From the IMG/VR virus record IMGVR_UViG_3300030098_003345, positions 1 through 60,122 of that record: a stretch of 60,122 nucleotides of DNA; one strand, given 5' to 3'. Within the stretch, counting starts at the first letter, position 1. The number at the start of each line of letters is the position of its first letter. Of this stretch, positions 17,901 to 27,927 are shown in pieces. Under the pieces are notes generated by a model, which ran no database searches, was not told the DNA's origin, and worked only from the letters and a program-made list of their open reading frames with translations. The stretch comes from a virus (Duplodnaviria > Caudoviricetes). A program made the translations under genes and the position numbers.

Positions 17901-20900
17901 AGCTTTGCGAATCATTTCACGCACCGCTAACTTAACGCTTTGTAAGTTATCAGAAGCCTCCTTACGGGTCTTTATCCTTTGTTTAATGGCATCTATCTCT
18001 CTTTGTACAGAAACATTAGCACGAGTATCTATCGTCTTATCTAAGGCTATAATAAGGGAGTCTTGAGTCTGCTTAGGTTGAGCCTCAAATATTGGTTCAG
18101 CCTTTAAAATTTCAATAGCCTTTAGTCTTATTTGAGATTTAGTTTTTGGGGGATTTGTGATTGTTGTAGCTACACCAACTCGTGGATACCTGTTAAGAAT
18201 CTCTTGGTCGGTCAACGCAAACAATGTCGGGTTAGCCTCACGTAGTTGAGTGGCACGTTCAGCCTTTTGCTCTGCAGTCTCTCTTTGATACGTTGTAGTG
18301 CGTGTAGGTTTAGTATATGCCTTTAATTTTTTTCGTACATTATCAAACAACACCTTTCCTTCACTCATCCCGCCCTCTACATTACCAAACTCCGGTATAA
18401 CGGCTACGTCATTAAATAATGTGTTATCAAGATTAACTACTAAGGCTTCGTTTATTTGAGCTTTCTTAAATCCTTCCTCCTTTAATACTATTCTAATTGC
18501 CGCATCACTATATCCTTGCTCTCTTGCGGAAGAAACAATAGTGGTTGCTGACATATCATTAATACTATTTCCTGTCATCAACTGCAGTCCGCTTTTAATC
18601 TCTTGTGCTTGAGCTTCGGCAAATACCTGCTCTCCTGACAGTAAATCCACTACCACACCTTGCAAAAACTCATCAAGCGTTAAATTTTGAACCTCTTCAT
18701 CACTCATTTTTGATAGACCAACTAAAGATTTAACAAAATTGTATAGCTTGTTAAGCCAATTTTTAAAGTCAGCTTTTATAGAGGCATCAGCAAATGATTG
18801 TCCTTTATCTCCAATTGCGGTGGCAAGAGCTTCTTCTAAAATAAATTCTCTTATCTCTGCTTCTGTCGCACCATCTTCCTTCATACTCTTGATAACCCTC
18901 TTATACTCAGGACTATTTTCAATTTGTGAGATGTAGGTATCGTCAGTTTCTATAAGCTCTATCCCTTTCTGATATAACTTGGGGTTAAATTCTTTAGCAA
19001 CGGAGTTCCATATGTGACCAAATTCGTGAATAGGTGTGTTAGTATTTGCAGCTTTAGGATTTAGGTAAAGCTTACCCTTGTATACGGCTCCATACACCTT
19101 ATTTTCATCACGTTGTGCTTTTGTCGTAACCGCCACCACATCAGGTTGAATTAATAAATTATCAAACTGTTTTTGGTTTGTTATCACTTCTATATTAGGG
19201 AATGATTTACTAAGTAGATTTACAAAATTATCATAAGACCTTGCTGTTATAGGAGAAACCGTCTGCGCTTGTGAGGCACTAACAGAGGCTTTATACATTG
19301 TATCGGACATAGCCTCAGCCGCAGTAAATGGTCGTGTGGATGCAGGAGTAATAACCTTGCCTGTTTTTTTATCTCTCTTTTCAGCTACTTTCTTTTTTAT
19401 TACCTTTCCAAACTTAGCTTCAATCGTATCCTTAAAGCCTTTTATCACATTCCAAAACGGAGTAGTCTCTTGTAATAAAGCGACAGGCTTACCCCTTAGA
19501 TAAAAATCATAGCTTGGGTGACTTGGTATGCCTTCTTGTTTTTGTTGTTCAGGACTAACTATAGCATCATCAATTGTCTTTTCAGTTACCTTGTTACCTT
19601 CACTATCCTGAATCTCTAAGACCATAGTCATTGTACCCGCAGGTAAGTCTTTTACAAAGTCTTCTGTTAAAGGTTCTCTAAGGCTTTCTATAGAGATGCC
19701 CTTAGATTCTAAGGTCTTCCCTACATCGGTTTTGGAAGCCTTACCCTCCACCGGTATTATATTCTTAAATACCTTAGCTTTTGTTCTAAGATTTAAAACG
19801 TCTATATTTTCCAACAATTCCGTTACGTTTGTGGATTTAGCAACTATATCGGCAACTTTTTGGGTATCATCAAAATCTTTTTCACGGAAGACCTTCCCAT
19901 CTAATTGAGCTACTATTTGGTCGAATATAAGTTTCTGAGTATCGGTATCTAACTTAGACAATTCATTTAAGAACTGTGTCCTTATAGCTACATTGGAACT
20001 GATAGCATCAGGGTTCATATTATATACCACCGTATAGTCAGATTTGACTGCTCCCTTTGCAATCTTGCGTACTGCATTTTCATCAACATTTGCCCACGCA
20101 ATATTATGCTTACGCATTCCTTCTTGCAACGAAAAGAATGGACCACCCATAAACTCTTCATTAGTTACAAGTTGGTCTGCCATTATAAGATTAATCTTTT
20201 TCCCAATCAGTTCACTTAGACCCATACGTTTCAGGTCTTTAGCAAGGGATGTGTTCTCATCTATAACGATAGGAATTGTTTCCACATTAACCTCTTCTAC
20301 GGTGTATGAGTTTTCTGCCATACTCTCCTGCTGAAGCTCCATCAATCTCGTTGCCTCTTCAGTCAGCTTCTCTTGTCTCTGCTCGTTAGTTATACCTGCA
20401 GCTAATTGGAATTTTGGATTTTCTTTTTTAATAAAAGCTTCTAAGTCTTTTACCTCTTGTTCTAAATTTTGTTTTCCTTCTACTTGCGTTTTAATCTCTT
20501 CACTTGGAGTTATAATAGCGTCAATCTCCACCTGCATTCCATCCCCAAACATTTCTGCATATCCCGGAGCATTGGCAATAATGTTTTGAGCATCTTTTTT
20601 TGTTGACACAATTGGACCAACTTGGTTTGTAACTTTATTAACAACTACCCATTTACCATTTTCTGCTGCAGGACCAAATGTGCTACCATCTCTGTTGTCA
20701 ATTATCTCAAAGTCTTTAGACCAAATCTTTTTATCGGTCTTATTCATTGTATAAGTAACCATCTCATCTTCAATCTTCTCAGTAGGAGCTACCTCTATGT
20801 TAGCCGACAAAACCTTTACTGCATCTTCTTTAGACTCTACATTTGACTCTATGATTTCTTCTCCTTGTCTTACCGAAAACCTACCATCAGGCTGAGTGAT

Positions 20901-23900
20901 AATCTGACCTTTAACCTCGTTAGTTGTCTCGCCTATTACATCCTCAACTATCGCACCCTCTTCTACTTGTATCTCTGTGGTAGTAGGTTTAGTTGAAATA
21001 GTTAACGCTTCTGAGACTTCAGTTGTCGTAGTGGTCGGAGATTCTTGGGTTTCTTCCGAAACCTCCCGTACAGTCTCTTCCACCGCTTGTATATCTCCGG
21101 TTTGTTTATCTTGAGAAACTGTTCCTGCTTTTCGCTTTGAAATGGCATCTTTTTTATTTATTAATAGTTTTTGTACTTCAGGGTCATATAATACCGCCGT
21201 AGACCTATGGAGTATTTGGTTTAAATTTTTAGCTTTGTTAATGTTTTTAATAAATTGGTCACGAGTCACCTGTTTTCCTCGCCACATATATTTACCGGTT
21301 TTACCTCTTTCAGTCTTACCTAAAATTAAGTCCAAGTTTACTTGATTTGCTACACCTTCATTTAGTAGCTTTCTATATTCTTTAGTGGTAAGCTCACCCT
21401 CATCCAACATCTTCTTATATTGAGTCCGTTGTTTTACACTTAATCCTTGCACATTTCCTGTTTCTGCTATCTGTGCTATCTCAGCATTTATCTCTTTTAT
21501 CTTTTCTTTAAATACAAGTTTTGTATTTTGTGTTTGGCTTAATTTATTACGAGCTTCAATAAGCCTACCTAATCTTGTCTTAACATCTTTTTGTGTAGTG
21601 ACTTTGGTTCCTCTTACGGCTAAAGAACTAATCGGTCCCCCTGTCACAGATACAAGTTCATTAACCTCTCTCCTTATACCAATATTTTCTCTAATCTTTT
21701 GTGCTTGGTCTGCATCTATCTTTCCAAGCTTGAGCATATTGTCGGTCCACGTATTTATCCGGGTATCACCTGTAGACTCATTCATTATAAAGCTCATATC
21801 GTTGGCAAGCTTATCTGCAAGCCCTACATTGCTTCTATTCCTTTGGTCGATATAAACATTAATTGCCGCATTAGATATGTTATTACCTCCTGCACCGCCT
21901 GCCTCAGCTCCAATGTCTTTCCAATCAAGCTCATCTCCTACACTTGCTTGTGCCAATCCTTCACCCAATGCTTCCATAGCCGGGTCAAAGACTGCACGTT
22001 CTGCTGCAAATAGACCTAATGCTTGAGAACGAGTAGCAAAAGTTCCGGCTTTAAAAACCCTACCGGCAAGACCTGCTGACATAAAATCTACTGCTCCAAT
22101 TACAAGACCTCTCTTAACACCCCTATCATTGGCTTCCTCCCATACAGACGGCTCCATCAACCCTTCAGCAACCTCGTCAGGATTAAGTGTATTAAAATTG
22201 TGATTTTCTAAAGCCTCAATAACGGCATTAGAATATTCCATTGCAAAACTTGTTGCTCCAAATCCGGTCCTTATACCCCAAACCATTCCGGTCCCCGCAC
22301 CACTTATTGCACCGGGAATTGCACCCACTCCACCGGCAGGTGCTCCGGTTGCTGCTCCAATACTTCCTCCAAGAGTGGCACCTTGTGCTGCGGCAGTAGG
22401 TATAAGCCACATCCCATAGGGCAACATTTGACTTATAGAGTTAGCCGCTAAACCAACCATCCATTCTGCAGGGTCCCTTAAGAAGTTATTCCATCCCTCT
22501 TTCCCACTCACCTGCCCAAAGTATCGTGCATTTACCCGTGATGTTTTACCGGATTGCTCCGATAGATGTTGAGCAATTTTTTCGGAGGCTAATTTTCTAT
22601 CTTCAGGGTCTTCAATGTCTACAATGCCTGCAGCCATTAAGACTATTTGCTCCATAGCATTACCACGAGCTAACCCATCATTCCAAGCCGTTGCTATGCT
22701 TTCCCAATCATCTACATAGGCATCTTGAATGTTTTTATTTTCTTTCTTAGAAAAATAAGTCTGAGCAATATCAAACTTAAGTGCTGCTAAATTTTCAGTA
22801 GCAGCCACAGTATTTAATTGGCTAATGTATATATCTTTTAGTTTAGTTTCATATCCGTCTTTAGGAATGTAATTAACAATATCCTTTGCTCTTATACCAA
22901 GATTATTTATAACATCAGCATCTATCTTCATATAATCAATCTGTGCTTGTCTATTTATCTCAGCCGCTTTACCTGCAGCTTGTCGTTGTTTTTTCGCTAA
23001 ATATCCATCAAAGTCTTCTCTTGCCCTTGCTATTTCTTGGTCATCTATATAGATTTCAAATAACCTATCTTCTGTTTCCTCTATCTCTTTTATTCTTTCT
23101 CCGGCATCAGACCGTAACACACCATTGACATAGAATTTACCATAAAGTTCTTTCTCTTCTTCTGTTAGATTGGATTCTAATCTGTCTCGGGGGTCACCCT
23201 CTAATACTTCTTCAAGGAATAATCTTTCATCCCGTGCCTGTTCGTACATTTCAAACCCTTCTCGTGCTACATTATAATCAAGACCTCTCTCTGAGTAAAA
23301 GCGTTCTGCCTCCAAATCTACGGTGCTTACATCTTTCCACCCTCCCTCTGCAAAATCCTGTGCCTTTTCTTGAGAATCAAAAGAAAACACTTCGCCTCTT
23401 TTCTTGGCTTCCGTAATCGCATCTTCAAAAGACAATACCTCCCAATCTATAGGTTTAGAAGTTACATTATCAGGGTCTTTTGGGAATAGGGTTGGTGCTA
23501 CATAATGTTTACCATCTTCCTCATAAGACATAAATTTTACAGTAGATTGTGAGCCATCAGGATTTACTAACGCTACAGGTCTTATAGTCTTAGCTCTTAA
23601 GGCATTATCTAATATAGTTTCTTCCGCCTCATCTAACTCTCTACCTACAGGAACTGCATTATCTCTTACAAAGTTTTTCAGTTTCTCGGCATATCTCTCA
23701 TCTAAATATGCGGTAAAGTTATCAAGCTCAATAACCTCTTTTGCATTGGTATAGATATTTCTTATTACTGCCCTATCGAACCCTAAAAAACCATAATCCT
23801 CCACTACAAAACCGTATTTTCCTAAAGTAGAGTTGAGGACAGAAACAACATCCTGAGATTGTCCTGACATTAAATCGGAGTTTATAATATCTAAGGACTT

Positions 23901-24614
23901 ATTAAAGTCTTCATCTCCTGCAAGTCCTGCACGTTCAGTATTCTCCTTAATCGTTTCTTCTGCTTGTCTCTTAGCTTCTTGTTCAATTAATAACGCTTGT
24001 GCCGCCTTTGTTTCTTCAGCTTCCTCAAGTTCTGTGGCAAGTTTATTTTCGGCTGCTATCTTTTCTTGGGTTTCTTTTTGTTGTTGCACATAAAGCTGAC
24101 CCGCTTTACTTTCTTTCCACTTATTTCTGTATTCCGTTACTTCATCAAGTGCAGCTTGAGTGCTGAGTGGACTCTCCGATGCAAGACTCGTATAGTCAGG
24201 ATTAAATCCTATGGCTTCATAAAAATCTTTTTCTGAAATAGGAGTATCGGAATTAAGGATATCACTCTCCCTATCTTCTCTTGATACCGACCCAATATCT
24301 TCCGATATTGAATCCCCAACTTGCTGCTCTTGTGGAGTCTGAATTGGATTTTTTTTTTCAAACTGAACAGACACCTCCTCCCATTGATTGCCAAACCGTT
24401 CTTGAAGTTCGTTCTCTGTAAACTCTTTTCCGTTAGGAGCAATATATGTAGATTCAGATATTTCTTCAGTAGATACTTCTTGGATTGGCTCTGTGGATTC
24501 TACAAACTGACCTGAAGCCACAAGCGTGCCAAAGTCTTCTCCAAATCGTTGACGTAAATATGATTCTGTTAGAACTTTACCGTTTGGGGTTTTGTAGTGT
24601 TTTTCTTCTCCCAT
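14994..24614 (-). CDS. Giant internal virion/ejection protein (polyvalent-protein type) with zincin metallopeptidase motif
   Basis: 3206 aa; TPIHEFGHIW plus downstream EEALA; Gly/Ala-rich hydrophobic stretch; last gene of the virion operon. Confidence 0.7.
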   Translation of the reverse strand: MGEEKHYKTPNGKVLTESYLRQRFGEDFGTLVASGQFVESTEPIQEVSTEEISESTYIAPNGKEFTENELQERFGNQWEEVSVQFEKKNPIQTPQEQQVGDSISEDIGSVSREDRESDILNSDTPISEKDFYEAIGFNPDYTSLASESPLSTQAALDEVTEYRNKWKESKAGQLYVQQQKETQEKIAAENKLATELEEAEETKAAQALLIEQEAKRQAEETIKENTERAGLAGDEDFNKSLDIINSDLMSGQSQDVVSVLNSTLGKYGFVVEDYGFLGFDRAVIRNIYTNAKEVIELDNFTAYLDERYAEKLKNFVRDNAVPVGRELDEAEETILDNALRAKTIRPVALVNPDGSQSTVKFMSYEEDGKHYVAPTLFPKDPDNVTSKPIDWEVLSFEDAITEAKKRGEVFSFDSQEKAQDFAEGGWKDVSTVDLEAERFYSERGLDYNVAREGFEMYEQARDERLFLEEVLEGDPRDRLESNLTEEEKELYGKFYVNGVLRSDAGERIKEIEETEDRLFEIYIDDQEIARAREDFDGYLAKKQRQAAGKAAEINRQAQIDYMKIDADVINNLGIRAKDIVNYIPKDGYETKLKDIYISQLNTVAATENLAALKFDIAQTYFSKKENKNIQDAYVDDWESIATAWNDGLARGNAMEQIVLMAAGIVDIEDPEDRKLASEKIAQHLSEQSGKTSRVNARYFGQVSGKEGWNNFLRDPAEWMVGLAANSISQMLPYGMWLIPTAAAQGATLGGSIGAATGAPAGGVGAIPGAISGAGTGMVWGIRTGFGATSFAMEYSNAVIEALENHNFNTLNPDEVAEGLMEPSVWEEANDRGVKRGLVIGAVDFMSAGLAGRVFKAGTFATRSQALGLFAAERAVFDPAMEALGEGLAQASVGDELDWKDIGAEAGGAGGNNISNAAINVYIDQRNRSNVGLADKLANDMSFIMNESTGDTRINTWTDNMLKLGKIDADQAQKIRENIGIRREVNELVSVTGGPISSLAVRGTKVTTQKDVKTRLGRLIEARNKLSQTQNTKLVFKEKIKEINAEIAQIAETGNVQGLSVKQRTQYKKMLDEGELTTKEYRKLLNEGVANQVNLDLILGKTERGKTGKYMWRGKQVTRDQFIKNINKAKNLNQILHRSTAVLYDPEVQKLLINKKDAISKRKAGTVSQDKQTGDIQAVEETVREVSEETQESPTTTTTEVSEALTISTKPTTTEIQVEEGAIVEDVIGETTNEVKGQIITQPDGRFSVRQGEEIIESNVESKEDAVKVLSANIEVAPTEKIEDEMVTYTMNKTDKKIWSKDFEIIDNRDGSTFGPAAENGKWVVVNKVTNQVGPIVSTKKDAQNIIANAPGYAEMFGDGMQVEIDAIITPSEEIKTQVEGKQNLEQEVKDLEAFIKKENPKFQLAAGITNEQRQEKLTEEATRLMELQQESMAENSYTVEEVNVETIPIVIDENTSLAKDLKRMGLSELIGKKINLIMADQLVTNEEFMGGPFFSLQEGMRKHNIAWANVDENAVRKIAKGAVKSDYTVVYNMNPDAISSNVAIRTQFLNELSKLDTDTQKLIFDQIVAQLDGKVFREKDFDDTQKVADIVAKSTNVTELLENIDVLNLRTKAKVFKNIIPVEGKASKTDVGKTLESKGISIESLREPLTEDFVKDLPAGTMTMVLEIQDSEGNKVTEKTIDDAIVSPEQQKQEGIPSHPSYDFYLRGKPVALLQETTPFWNVIKGFKDTIEAKFGKVIKKKVAEKRDKKTGKVITPASTRPFTAAEAMSDTMYKASVSASQAQTVSPITARSYDNFVNLLSKSFPNIEVITNQKQFDNLLIQPDVVAVTTKAQRDENKVYGAVYKGKLYLNPKAANTNTPIHEFGHIWNSVAKEFNPKLYQKGIELIETDDTYISQIENSPEYKRVIKSMKEDGATEAEIREFILEEALATAIGDKGQSFADASIKADFKNWLNKLYNFVKSLVGLSKMSDEEVQNLTLDEFLQGVVVDLLSGEQVFAEAQAQEIKSGLQLMTGNSINDMSATTIVSSAREQGYSDAAIRIVLKEEGFKKAQINEALVVNLDNTLFNDVAVIPEFGNVEGGMSEGKVLFDNVRKKLKAYTKPTRTTTYQRETAEQKAERATQLREANPTLFALTDQEILNRYPRVGVATTITNPPKTKSQIRLKAIEILKAEPIFEAQPKQTQDSLIIALDKTIDTRANVSVQREIDAIKQRIKTRKEASDNLQSVKLAVREMIRKALPKTENITTGTVNRLNNIIAKATDASILNDMRKIEKEIKLVRKRIKNDVVKEIKKLVQEKSKVRISESKKKKSKGIAAETQAFMQSANKVLQNVIKGDTDAMLAILDELTENESLINEAILKENQNEKLTRAEERLLNLSYAFDNFSDLENMSLEDTQLLLSSLKDVNAEGIRRYKSRRKARAEQIKAINREGEAQMTKDFGDAILDKDGTPKDRNQLIMERDKIHKLYHDKKYSKWIMEYIKHYKWTTFSEFIAGFKHSLQHMGTLMNKMDISGNFFTENIYNRLNRADEANMEGYFRTQNKLDEIVNSIEGIDRGMEQVRELLYTSGTMPVMVRKINKDGTIGKTAEEWNGSVDQLLRIYSLYKNDLQRDKLEKQGFTPQVMEEVEAFLGPQLVSVSDKIVNFLSNEYYNEVNDVYRQVNDVNLGYIENYFPTKTLQTEETENILSTGDFSKIFNAESAPSLKVRSNIKSGVELDVDFAATLETHIKTMERYKAYAMPTKIIQGIFDNPYTKSLMESMSLTSVVRNAINYAINPDAFTKHPSKLTKALNWLQSRYTSFALALKLMQIPKQATSFINALEKYRYRKGKATAGVDIVMFMMDTAMLAANLLAEIAVLGAEKVSGKHIGLESRPLSEAMNMSAIFRKRIELGVKGDLMGLESGQPTFKDFETNQAMWAKLGRRGRRIAASPTIIGDIMGVMGYMVNYRRNIKNGMSKAQALQEFNDYNATQQTRRATEKIPLQMNPHAFTRAFTMFGSTLFLQMNKVMQATTNLGRQTQEAIKTKDPSKIKLEDIRSLYLNAAVANVLFTGAANIFKITSDDPKDRAEAFARMRDAMFGLNLIYQIPFFGETAEQAWADWVDEDRKTVVQPTNPVRSIYKKWHNGVKYDDADKILKAAQVLTEIGVGVQADPLVGLAEIFTDGMDEDAMYDLLGVSYSYRPTNKKKKSKSTEDKPSKKEVQDMLDKLAD

Positions 24615-24627
24615 ATACTATACATTG

Positions 24628-24643
24628 GTGTCTTTGAAGACAC
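24628..24643 (-). repeat. 16-bp palindrome, intergenic
   Basis: GTGTCTTTGAAGACAC just upstream of the 3206-aa gene start. Confidence 0.95.
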
Positions 24644-24647
24644 TATT

Positions 24648-26564
24648 TTATTTACATTTCACAGAGGCACCTGTCTCCGGGTCTATTCTCCAACCATCCA
24701 CGCAGTCACCTTCCTCTCCTGTTTTCGCTTCAGCTATCACATCGGCTACCATCAATCTCGCTATCTCTTCCTTACTTAAACTCCTTTCAATATAAGCTAT
24801 TAAGTCTTTCACTTGAGTGTCAGCATCTTCACCTTCCTCATTAGTCTTTATTTTTATTTGAGATTTATTCTCACCCTCACCCTTGCTAACTACAACCTCG
24901 TTGACGAAATCCGTAGGAGCAACTACTTCAAACCCTAATTTTTTCAATGCAGGTCCGTAAGCATTTATCCAATCATCTTCATTCATATCATCCGCTTTAA
25001 AATTTAAAGAGGAAAGATGAGCTTCAAGATTGGCTTGAGCACTTGGCTTAGTAGGTTTGGTGTATTTCGCACTCCCTGTGTCGACAGATAATTCTTTCCC
25101 TACAATATAACCACTATTGTTCAACACATCATTTACATCGTCTATTTCTGTGAACTCTGTAATGGCACCTGTAATCCATTCATCTTGAGGAATAGTTTGA
25201 AGTCCTCCTTGTGAATCAATAGCCCTAAAAGGAAACTCTCTTTTAGTTCCATCTTCATAAGTAATGGTTACGTTATTTTGATTTCTATCTAATGTTAACG
25301 CTTTATTTTTTGGATTGGTTTGATTAATCAATCCTAATAAGAAGTTAGAAGCACTACTAATCTCTCCTTCATCACCATACCATAGCTGCCCTAAATTGTT
25401 AGCTACCTCTATCTGTGACTTGTCCGCTTTTCCTTCTTTAATTATGGCTGAAGGTGGGAATTGAGTAGCACCTGCTTGTTTTATTTGTTTCTTAACATCA
25501 ATATTGGCACGTATAGCAAGTTTTAATTGTTGTTCAACAATTTTCTCTTGGTCCTCAGTAAATACCGGTTTACCGTTGGCATCGACAGAACGGTCTAAAT
25601 AAATCAGTTGACCTTTATTTATACTCTTATCATCATACTCAGCTTTATCATAAGTGAAAGTAAGTTTCATTTTCTCGGTACCTCCTTTTCCATCAGGAAC
25701 CTCAATCCAACCTTTCCTGTCCGTTAAAACTGAAGCCACATTATTAGGGTTTATCATCATAGCACCTACTTGATATTCCTCCCATTCTTTATATCCTGCT
25801 GCCCAAGTTTCTCCTTCTAATCCAAAGTTGTGTTTTTTAGCATCTATATCCGTAATGATTTGATTTATATTTCCTGCAGATGCATATTTAAAAGTAGACA
25901 CTTCTAAAGCACCTAATTGGTTGGTAGCATTTTCTGCGGCAGACTCAATATTAAAGCGGTTGTATTTCATCTTTAACCGCTTGTTTAATTCATTTACAGT
26001 AACATAATTATTTTGGTTTGGGTCTAACTCCATCATCCCTGTCTCTTCATTCATTTTCAGTTTACCCACACTCACTACTCCATTGGTAGGGTTAATGTAT
26101 GCACGAGAATCTCGTAAGTTAGCAAGTCCTTCGGCTTGTTCCATTTGCCAAACCTCAAGGAAAGCCGATTCCTCTCCCTCCCAACGTGCCATTTTATCTG
26201 CATACTCCGCTTGATATTCCTTTTGTAAATCAAATAGTAAAGATGCACCGCTTTGAATATTTTGTCGACCTATTGTATAATCCTTTAAGTTCATTTGACC
26301 CGTTTTTAAAAAGTGGTCTTGCATTCTACGTTCTTCTTGAGCAGCCTCAGCAAACTCTAAAATAAAAGTATTTCCCGCATCATAAGTTCCTGTAGGTGCA
26401 TTAGATAAAGTTTCACCAAACTGTCGTGAGGCAGCATCTATCTCTTGTCTTTTACTTTCTCTAAGTTTCCTTTCTTCGAGCAACATATCGGACATTTCCT
26501 TTCCAACCTCTGCCCAATTTATTCGTGTATCTACTTGCCGTTCAGCGTACTTATAGTAAGTCAT
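24648..26564 (-). CDS. Internal virion (ejection) protein
   Basis: 638 aa helical protein between the pilot-like and giant genes. Confidence 0.6.
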   Translation of the reverse strand: MTYYKYAERQVDTRINWAEVGKEMSDMLLEERKLRESKRQEIDAASRQFGETLSNAPTGTYDAGNTFILEFAEAAQEERRMQDHFLKTGQMNLKDYTIGRQNIQSGASLLFDLQKEYQAEYADKMARWEGEESAFLEVWQMEQAEGLANLRDSRAYINPTNGVVSVGKLKMNEETGMMELDPNQNNYVTVNELNKRLKMKYNRFNIESAAENATNQLGALEVSTFKYASAGNINQIITDIDAKKHNFGLEGETWAAGYKEWEEYQVGAMMINPNNVASVLTDRKGWIEVPDGKGGTEKMKLTFTYDKAEYDDKSINKGQLIYLDRSVDANGKPVFTEDQEKIVEQQLKLAIRANIDVKKQIKQAGATQFPPSAIIKEGKADKSQIEVANNLGQLWYGDEGEISSASNFLLGLINQTNPKNKALTLDRNQNNVTITYEDGTKREFPFRAIDSQGGLQTIPQDEWITGAITEFTEIDDVNDVLNNSGYIVGKELSVDTGSAKYTKPTKPSAQANLEAHLSSLNFKADDMNEDDWINAYGPALKKLGFEVVAPTDFVNEVVVSKGEGENKSQIKIKTNEEGEDADTQVKDLIAYIERSLSKEEIARLMVADVIAEAKTGEEGDCVDGWRIDPETGASVKCK

Positions 26565-26587
26565 ATCGTGTTAATTAATAATCGTGA

Positions 26588-27493
26588 TTATCCTTTATTG
26601 GCAAGTTTTCTTGCTCTAAGTATCATTTCCTTCTCCTCTTCGGTTATACCACTTGTACCTCCACCAAATTGCCAAGCCATAGGGTCTTGTACAGGTTTTT
26701 GATAAAGGTTCGACCAAGCTTCACTACCAAAGATAGATTTACTTTGTTGGGCATCTAAACCTCCGGTCCAATCTTTCCATTGCTTGTTAGTCATATCCTC
26801 AAAATTTACATCCTGTAGATTTGCATCCTCCAAAGTTATTTTATTTTTACCTCTTCCCACATCTCCGGTATATGTTACATCTCCGGTGTAATCAGCAGAA
26901 TACTTTTGCATTGCAGCTTTTTCCCCCTTTGTATCTGCTCCATACAATCCCACTCCTAAACTAATTCCTTGTTGAAGGGTGTCTGTGGCACCCTGTATAC
27001 CTTCTTGTTGTGCCGCAACTGACCGTGCTTCCGCATCTCGTGCTGCCGCTTGTGCTCCTGCAACTTCCTGCAAATCTAACTGAACTCCAATATCTCTTAA
27101 ACGAGAATCTTCTTGTGCAGATAACTGTTCTAATTTCTGCAACTCAGCACCCATTTGAACACGAGTTTGTTGTGCTCCGGCAGCCGTTGCTAATTGAACT
27201 CTTCCGGCAGTAGCTGACGCACCTCGTGTATCTCCCTCTATACCTAATTGTGTTGCTGCTTGAGCTTGGGCTAAAATAGTATCTTGTTGCATTTCATAGG
27301 CTTCCTTATTGATGGATAATGCATCCATATAGTTTACCCTCAGTTTTTTTCGTGCTTCCACCATTGCATTTGCTGCAGCCTCATTTGCCATATTCATTTT
27401 ATCTCTTTCTTTTGCAGCTTGAGCAAAAGAGAGTCCGGTAGTAGTTGCACTAAGTGCTAACCCCCCTAAAGCGAGTCCTGTTGCTATTCCCAT
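26588..27493 (-). CDS. Internal virion/pilot (ejection) protein
   Basis: Hydrophobic G/A N-terminus and A/Q-rich coiled coil; position. Confidence 0.6.
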   Translation of the reverse strand: MGIATGLALGGLALSATTTGLSFAQAAKERDKMNMANEAAANAMVEARKKLRVNYMDALSINKEAYEMQQDTILAQAQAATQLGIEGDTRGASATAGRVQLATAAGAQQTRVQMGAELQKLEQLSAQEDSRLRDIGVQLDLQEVAGAQAAARDAEARSVAAQQEGIQGATDTLQQGISLGVGLYGADTKGEKAAMQKYSADYTGDVTYTGDVGRGKNKITLEDANLQDVNFEDMTNKQWKDWTGGLDAQQSKSIFGSEAWSNLYQKPVQDPMAWQFGGGTSGITEEEKEMILRARKLANKG

Positions 27494-27494
27494 A

Positions 27495-27905
27495 TTATAA
27501 TTTTTTTATTAATTCACTCGTATATGAATCACCGTGAATATAACCAAGTTTTTCATATACGTCAATTAATCCTTTATGTTTTATTAAAGCATAAACATAT
27601 TTATGCCCGGTTTCTTTTGCCAAATTTGTTAAACTATTCACTAAAATATCAAGGGCAATTGCTCTTTCGGGTTTTTTTCGGTAGTTTTTATTGGATATAA
27701 TCCAATCTACCCACGCAACTGCAGAGTTAGTGGTATAAATAAATCCGGCACACACAGGAATACCATCATCCACCACCATTAAACCTCCGGTGCCATTATC
27801 AGGGAGAAAATCTTTTTCTATAGGCACCCATTTCCAATCTTTCCACCATTCTACTAAAATAGTTTCGTAATCTTGGTCTATTAGTGGTCTTATTGTTAAT
27901 CCCAT
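27495..27905 (-). CDS. GNAT-like acetyltransferase fold protein
   Basis: IRPL..GFIY..AWVDW..YEKLGY; usual position before podovirus ejection genes; TATCTTTG box at 27914-27921. Confidence 0.55.
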   Translation of the reverse strand: MGLTIRPLIDQDYETILVEWWKDWKWVPIEKDFLPDNGTGGLMVVDDGIPVCAGFIYTTNSAVAWVDWIISNKNYRKKPERAIALDILVNSLTNLAKETGHKYVYALIKHKGLIDVYEKLGYIHGDSYTSELIKKL

Positions 27906-27927
27906 TTGTCTTACAAAGATACTAATT

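Noticed and set aside
14994-24614. Giant ORF as a crAss- or N4-type virion RNA polymerase
   Set aside because: No DxDxD or T7-like polymerase motifs were recognised, and host-type promoters are present; a profile search is needed to exclude it fully
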